This document shows, in pieces, positions 56,055 to 64,000 of a stretch of DNA of 64,000 nt. Each line of letters starts with the position of its first letter. Within the stretch, counting starts at the first letter, position 1. Under the pieces are notes generated by a model. The model was not told the origin of the DNA and did no database searches. It saw only the letters and a program-made list of their open reading frames with translations. The translations under genes and the position numbers were made by a program. Origin of the DNA: the human T2T-CHM13v2.0 reference genome, Homo sapiens. The stretch lies in NCBI RefSeq assembly GCF_009914755.1, contig NC_060929.1; one strand, 5' to 3'.

Positions 56055-59000
56055 TGGGTCAATCCATGTTAGGCAGAGCAGTAGGTAGCTTGCATGTAAG
56101 CAATAATCACAGAAGGCACTGTTGGCTCCTGCATCGTTCCAAATGGTATGCTAGCATTGTTACTGTTTACCATGTATTGACTATGAGATAAACACAGTAA
56201 ATTAGAAAAGAAATGTGGATTTTCAAATTTTAATACTTATATTATAAATACAAATTTTGTGTGCAGTGAAATGTAACTTGAAAAGTTTCCATCTCTCCCC
56301 AGTCATAGCCTTTTTTCGCTGGGCATGGGGATAGTGTTTTGGCTAAGACTTCAAGCTGAAGATTGAGCTTTAACATTTTCACGGAGAAATGAAAAACACC
56401 ATCTTAAAGGTTCCAAACATGGTAATGGATGTGAATTCACAGTTTTCTGTAATGATATAAAAAATACTGTAGTTTATAATTTAGTTCATGTAGCAGGTAT
56501 TTTTAATCACTCACCTGTCACAACTTCAAGACAAGATTATTATTGTTTTCATGGTACTTAAATATATTAAGTCAAAAGAGAGTTTGAGAAATGAATAATA
56601 TTTTTCATTTAAAATACTATTACAGTTATTTTGGTTAAAATTTGCAGTGGTATAATTTAGTAATATTATGACTATGTGACCACAATCTTCATTAAAAAAA
56701 GATTTGCTGACCATTTCAGGATAGTAAAAGCTCTTAAGATTTACCATATCATCCCAGCTATGTGGGTTGAATTTTCAGTAAGAAAGTACATTTATCAGAA
56801 TTTTAACCAACAGCGACTAGAAAATTTTTCCCCAGAGTCTAATTTAAAATTAACATGGATATGTATAATGGAGACAAGATTTGTATGAATTTTAGATCCT
56901 TCAATTATATTCTGTGCATTTTAACAAATGTTTTTGGCTGCATGCCTTCAAATATCCCACTTTCTACCATTAGAGGCTCTTCATAAAAAAGTTGAAGCAG
57001 GGAATTTATTGGATTATTAGTTAGTTAGCCTTAAATTTATTTATGGAATTTAATATGATCATCTATTTAGTTTCATGTTAAACTTTGTGAATTTTGTAGA
57101 CTTATTTTATACTAACTTTTAATTTTTACACTGCTATAACACATTCTCATAAGCTTACTTTCTCAACATTTTGCCATAGTCAAATTCAAATTCTTATATT
57201 ACATTGTTACTGGGTAGAATGTGTGAGACCATATGGATATGCAAATTACTGATTTATTGGCACTGGATGTGAATAAAACACTGGGAAAAGCAGTAGGGAT
57301 GTGCTGTACCTCCCAAACCTTTGGAGTGCCTCGTTTTGCATTTCATTCTTGGTTGCACAAAGCTTCACTCATTCCCATCAGGGGTTCTGCTACTTGATAG
57401 ACATAGAGAGGAAACAGTGCTTCTAAACACTTTTTTTCATTTACATGTGATTTTTTTGTCACCATACTAGCATTATCATAATGTGAGTGCTCTGGCACCT
57501 GAATAATTTTAAGTGATTCATGTGTTATTCAGTTTTTATGGGAAAATTAACTTGATCTCTCCAAACTCTATCTTCTTTGTAGGTATCCCACTCACATAGC
57601 TAACAGAATGCAAAATATTCTGCATGTAAGCTGGATTCTTATCTAATCTATCTCTGTCTTTATCCCAACGTATACATCGATATACTATTTCCTAAATTTA
57701 TTAACTTAAGCCATTTTATTTTTACTTATCACACTTACTATCTTCCTTTCCTCTAAATAAACAGTTTGCTCTTCTAATTATTTCTGTCCACTCTCTATAT
57801 ACATACACACATAAATATAGATATTGATATATATATTTCATTAGATAAAAATTATTCACTTCACTTCAAGACAGTAATTGTTTCTATAGTTGTTCTTTTC
57901 TTTTGCTTAAATAAAATTTTAAGCACTTTGATCATTTGGATTGTGGTAAATGCTAATAACCAGTGAATTCAGGTAATACACACCTATTAAATAAGATCAG
58001 AAGGCCATGTGTAACTAACAGATATTTCACCATGAGCCTGTATTTTAACCTGATGCCATTCTTCTGCTGGATAAATGAGCCAAATCCCAGTGGAGAGCCT
58101 TGCATATCATTGAGAAAACTGTTAGTAGCCTATGATCATAGCCATTAGTCTGTTTATAGAAGCTAAAAAAAAATATTTTTTTTCTGAGATTATCACATTT
58201 TTTCTAGAGAAAATCTATACTGTTATAATCTTTATCTATCCACACAATGACTTTATTATATGACTTTAAACAATTTTGCTTTATTTGAATAAAACATAAA
58301 TTAACAGTGAATTACAGTAGAATGATTATAAAAGTATGTGTGATGACCACATTAATTTCAAATGAATTCATTATGATTAGTGCTATTACAATGAATACAA
58401 ATGAGTTGACAATAACATGACAGTAAAAAATGTTCACATTAAAATGTAGAAAGGGACACAAATATTGTTATAGAATATTCAAACTACTTTTCCTTCTTTT
58501 ACAATAATTTTGCACCTGAACCTCTAAATTCTAATGGCAAAGCTTCAATAATAGAGAATTCTTGACAGTAGTAAAGGGTTAATGATAGATGAAGCTTATT
58601 CTTTAAGTCCTGCTTAAGGTAATGATATGAAGGATCCCTTCACTTTACATATTTCACAAATTTCCTGAGCCTTTGATTAAACTAGTAAAACCTTTCAATT
58701 GTTTTGGAGTCAACCCATATTCTGACAGCAGGTATCTACCCTCCAGACACATAGTCTGGCAGCATAAATGGCAGATAAATGGATACTGCCATGTTTACTT
58801 CATCACTCCTTGAAGTGCTGCCATTCCTATAGCTACCCTACAAGGAAATCCCAATTCAGGATCCAGTCAGTGTTGCCTTATGTACTACTTCCCAGAACTG
58901 TATTCCATACATGCATCTGTTGGAGCAGCAGAGCCAAAAATGCCAGTGCCCCAGATGGCTGTACTCACTAACAAAAACAGAAAGCAATGAGGTGAAATCC

Positions 59001-61554
59001 TGATGTTCTGCATGGGCCCCTTTCCTGAAAGCTTATAAAATCAATCAGTGAGCAAACATATCTGTTCAGTAACAAAACAAAAATTAAGAATCGATAGATT
59101 TAAAACTTTTAAAATAATAAATATAAAATAAGCATAGGGAAAATAATATTTATATATTTATGAGGCCAATATTTGTTAAGGCCTACCAGGTGTCACACCC
59201 TTTGCACTACGGACTGAGATATGCTAGTTGAGAAGGTCAGGTCATTTCTCTCACAGAGCTTATTTACGGCAAGAGTCGTATTGACTTGTTAATCACCCTT
59301 AGCTCAGATACCACCCTTTATTACAAGTAAAATGACTACATGTCTTCTGTATTGTCTTCAAGATTTTCGGCATGGCCTTATTATTTTACGGTTTAGGTAA
59401 ATATCAGCACCTTCTTAATCACGTAAGGTCATGCCCAAACTCCCTGTTACCCGAGTGAAACTATGTATGACAATTAGTCTAAGATACTGTTACCCAATAT
59501 TTGCAACCTCACGCTTGTTAATTTTTATTTGTACATCTTGTTATTCAAGGGATTTTTTTTTACTGTTGTTCTTTGTCCTAAATGCTTTCTTAATACTTAA
59601 GCAACTTAAGGTTGAAATGAGATTCTTGTTCAGCTTAATTCCATCCTTTTTCTTAGTTAAAAATTGTGTAGTATGAGGATTAGGGACTTGTTATTTTCAG
59701 TTCACAAAGGCATACTATGTAAGTACTTACAGAAAATGAAAAATGTTTATTTTAATGATCATACTAATGGTAATCATTCACTGACAGATGGGCACTGCAT
59801 ATTTTGTAGTTTCAAAACACTGCCTCTTTATTCATTTCTACAGCCCCAATCTTAGTAAATTCACTTCATAAACATAATCAAGATTATTAAGTAACCCCAC
59901 TAGGAAAAATATATAAATTTATATATCCATACTCTCTCTTGTCTCTAAAGAAGACACATATTCCAGCCAAATAAAACTTCTATACCTGTGATCTTGATTT
60001 TAACTCTCTACATTTTCTGGAATTTTGTTCCAGAAGTAATCCTTATTCTGTATCCAGTCTCTCAACTCTGCTATCACAGAAACTGGATCATCAATAAGTG
60101 ACTAATATAAATAATAGATTAAGGTAGCAAGGTGGCAAAGGGCATACATGCATCTTATGCCAGATTTCTTGCTTTTATTACCAAGTTTTAATCAATATGT
60201 ACAAATTATATGAAGTAAGAATTACAAAATATGTACATTCAGCAAATTTGAATTGAATATATCTATTCAATTTCTCTTGTGTTCCTAGTAAACAAAACAT
60301 GTTAACAATATATCAATCCAATATAATGCTATTTATAAAATATGCTGTCAGTTATGTGGTAACATTCTTAACAATTATATTTATGTTATATAGAAGAAGT
60401 TGTATTTTAGGGTTATCTAAATACAGGGGCAAGAAAAATTACCAAACTATGAAATCGACACCCAAGGGAATTAACTATAGGACTTTTTGGACATCCCGTT
60501 AAGTGGACTATCCCTGAAAAATTACAAATAACATGTGTTAGCCACATCAACATTGAGTGCCTTTAAAATGTAAACGAGTGCTTGGTTACACAATTACAGA
60601 TTCACAAAAATTATACAGAATAGGCAATACATTTATACAAATGTCAAAAGCGTCATGATGAAGTGGAAATGCTGAAAATTGATTGTCTAAAAGATTAGAT
60701 TCTGTATTTCAAACTACTTCCTACTGTGACCTTGAAAATGTTTACCTTTAGGACTCTAAAACTGACTACTATATAATGTCCAAAGTATATATTTTATACA
60801 TCAAATATATTAATATATTGTAGAATATATTATACATAATAATATATGATATACATGAGTTGTAGAGATAATTATATGTTATATCATACAGTTCTCATCA
60901 TTTTGTATTTCTATACTCTTCGCCTTGACATTACATACTCAGAGAGATGATTGTCTTTAAGATTAGTGACAGAAGATTGCTCCCTTCAAAACCAAATAGC
61001 CAAGTAAAGTGGTCTACTTAGCAGTGATTCTAAAATTTGTCATCAGTTAGTTGATGAAGTACAATAATTTCACATTTATCGATAAAGTTATCAGTTTAGA
61101 AGATCTGTCACATTCACAGAGGACACATTTAATACTCTAAATATATATCTGGTAAGTGGAAATATTTATATGACTATTGTGTAAACAGCCAATGTGAAAA
61201 TAGAAGAGATTTAGCTGTTTTTATCAAGCCAACTAGGCAGATAATTCTGCCAATCTCCCTCTCTATCACCATTCCAGTTTTCTGATTAGCATAATGGACT
61301 AATTAATCAAAATACATGAAAAATTGTAGTCATGATGTTTACCTATGATATTTACCAAATAAATATCATGGAACATTAGAACATTAGCCCTTTGAGATGT
61401 GCATGAAAGGTGTTAAAAATAAGTTTTGAAGACACTGTATTTAATCTCTCCCTTCCTCATCCCTGGGAAATATATAATATGCAGAGGCTTACTATGCTTG
61501 CTTAGTGTCCTCATATTTATTGGCTCAAGGTATTTTATGTTGCCAAAATGATAA

Positions 61555-61838
<284 letters not shown>

Positions 61839-63499
61839 AGATGATTATTAACATATGAGTGGAGATTCTACAGATGCTTAGGGCAATGCTTGCAGAACTC
61901 CATTAGTGTTACTAATTAATGTTTTATGAGACCAGAACCTTACTCTAGTGTCAATACAATATTTTATCATCTAATAAAATGCATTGAAAAGCCATTCTTC
62001 TGCTAAATATGTCAATTCACCTAGGAATGATATATTATTGTACTTAAATATATCATAGAGTATATGTAAAGGATCTTCATTGGAGAATGTTAGAGTTTCA
62101 TATTTAAAATGAAAAAGAACCTGTCTCCCTCTGAATCATTCCTCTCAAACTTCCCTTCCAGTTCTCAGCTCTTTAGTGCCCCATCCTGTATAGCTGGGTC
62201 AATTCATGCTTCCTATCAGTTTCTGAGGCAATTTTTATAGATGCAGAAATTCCAATCAACAGCTTTATGACCCTTGCTCTCAGTAGGGCTTTGATCAGAT
62301 GAGTCTCCGTAATTTGGGATCCCTCAGTTGAGGCATGATTTCTAGTCTCCTGCCTTGCTTTCCTATTGTTTCTAATCAAGACTGAAACAGAGTGGTTCGC
62401 AGTAAGGACTGAGGTGTGTTCTGTTGTCTCTATATCAAAGATTCATATAGGAATAGATATTGTTTTTTATGCTCCTGATTCCTAATTTTTCTCTGTTTCT
62501 TCTCCAAGTAGCCCTACAGTGAACCTCACCTGAAGCACAGCTGTCCTGCCTTACTCTCTCTGGTGTTACTGTGTGACCTTAACATTTAACCCAAATTTAC
62601 ATGGAAAGATGGTATCACTGTTACTGGTAAATGCATATCCAGAATGCCTTCATCTCAGCTCTAGTGTCTATTTTAATTCTGAATAGTGCTACAGAATAAA
62701 GATTGACCTGTGACTGGATTAGCCTGGCCATGATAACGCTATGCCTCAACTAGAGTATCTACTGCTTGCATCAACTTCTGCTGTATTTTGTTGAATATCA
62801 AATTCTTCCCTACATCATTCTCTCTGATGCTGAGAGAAGACTCTGACTAACCTTTGAGCCACAACATGATAATGCCAGATTATCAAGTAAATTTAATTGG
62901 TTTATATATCATTATCACACAAATATGTTTTTTAATAATAATCTTGTATTTATAATGTTTATGTAATCAAATCTTACAATACTAATAGGTCAAGTATAGT
63001 TTACTAGTGCAAAACAAAACAAACAAAAAGCAGACAAAAACTCATGATTTCTAGAGGCAAACAGAAAATTAAATACCGACATGCAGGTACACCTCATTTT
63101 AATTAATACATATGTATGCCGTATTTTTTCAACAAAATCTTTATTATTGTAGAGAATAAATTCATTCATTGAAAAATAAAATATTATGCTTTTCTAATAC
63201 TCAACATCATTTTAAAATTCATGTACTTGTAGATATTGATTGATTAAAAATATAAATAGCCCAAGAAGTTTGTTTATTAAAATAATATTATTAAATTAGT
63301 TGTCAATATGAATTCTTAATAACCTGAAATATCTTATGGCTGTAATTATCTTTCAATGTATGTATATGACTTTTATTTTTGCATGATCTCATAAAACAGT
63401 TCACCTTGTAAATCTTATGTTTTTGTTTCAATCAAAAAGTCAGTTTGAATAATTTCTTTTGCTTCCCACGTGAAAGTAAACTGAAAATAGTTCTTAACT

Positions 63500-63710
63500 G
63501 CAGCCTTTATACTTAATTCCCAATGTGACAGTTTTGAAAGGTGGAGCCTAATGGGAGGTGTTTAGGTCACGATGGCTCACACTTATCTGCCTTCCACTCT
63601 GTGAGGATGTAGCAAAAAGGCCTTCACCAGGTGCTTGTGCCATAGTCCCAGACTTCCCAGCCTCCAGAACTGTGAGCCAATAAATTCTTGTTTACCATAA
63701 TTTTTTTTAA
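63500..63710 (+). mobile_element. MSTC/D-like LTR fragment lacking both termini, flanked by 16-bp direct repeats
   Basis: CTTAATTCCCAATG...GGGAGGTGTTTAGGTCA...GACTTCCCAGCCTCCAGAACTGTGAGCCAATAAA. Flanks are AAAATAGTTCTTAACT (63484-63499) and AAAGTAGTCCTTAACT (63711-63726). Confidence 0.8.
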
Positions 63711-64000
63711 AAAGTAGTCCTTAACTTTGAGTAACCATGCCAAGAAGAATTGGTATCCACAGGGAAACTTTAGTTGTGTATAGCAGTATAATATATATTT
63801 CTTTCCAAATTAATGTATGGCCTACAATTTTAACCTCTAGTATGTATATAGTCTGTGGGTAGATTCTAATAGTTATTCGAGCTCCTTCAAATAACATATG
63901 TTTATATATATGTCCCCATGTGGATTTTTTCTTAGAATAAATCTAATATTTTATAGGTTCTCCAAGGTGGTTGTAAAACTATAAGCTGAAGGACCATTGC

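Noticed and set aside
57568-57631. Possible ~42-nt micro-exon (TTCTTTGTAG|G...CAT|GTAAGC)
   Set aside because: Splice-like motifs are frequent by chance in 64 kb, and no partner exons or recognisable peptide support it.
60424-60516. Possible hAT MITE (CAGGG...CCCTG termini)
   Set aside because: Terminal match is only 5 bp and there is no 8-bp TSD, so it cannot be supported without a database search.

Overview
Primate (human-like) AT-rich, CpG-poor intergenic or deep-intronic DNA. It has no intact protein-coding gene, RNA gene or CRISPR array that I can support. Almost every listed ORF is a reading frame through a repeat, a microsatellite or random AT-rich sequence. The only gene-derived sequence is a processed PTP4A1 (PRL-1) pseudogene (~17975-20311). 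The rest is layered transposon debris: a ~5.1 kb L1PA7-like LINE, older L1M/L2/MIR relics, nine dimeric Alus plus one Alu monomer, a complete two-LTR THE1 MaLR element nested in an MLT1 LTR, several solo ERV LTRs, and a fossil hAT (Blackjack-like) transposase. I found no convincing new biological system. The most unusual structures are (i) a ~350 bp, ~93%-identical local inverted duplication whose second arm sits inside a (TA)n tract, (ii) an MST-type LTR fragment that looks L1-retroposed, with a 16-bp TSD, and (iii) a still-open PTP4A1 uORF in front of a heavily disabled CDS. Repeat subfamily names come from my recall of consensus sequences and need RepeatMasker/Dfam confirmation.
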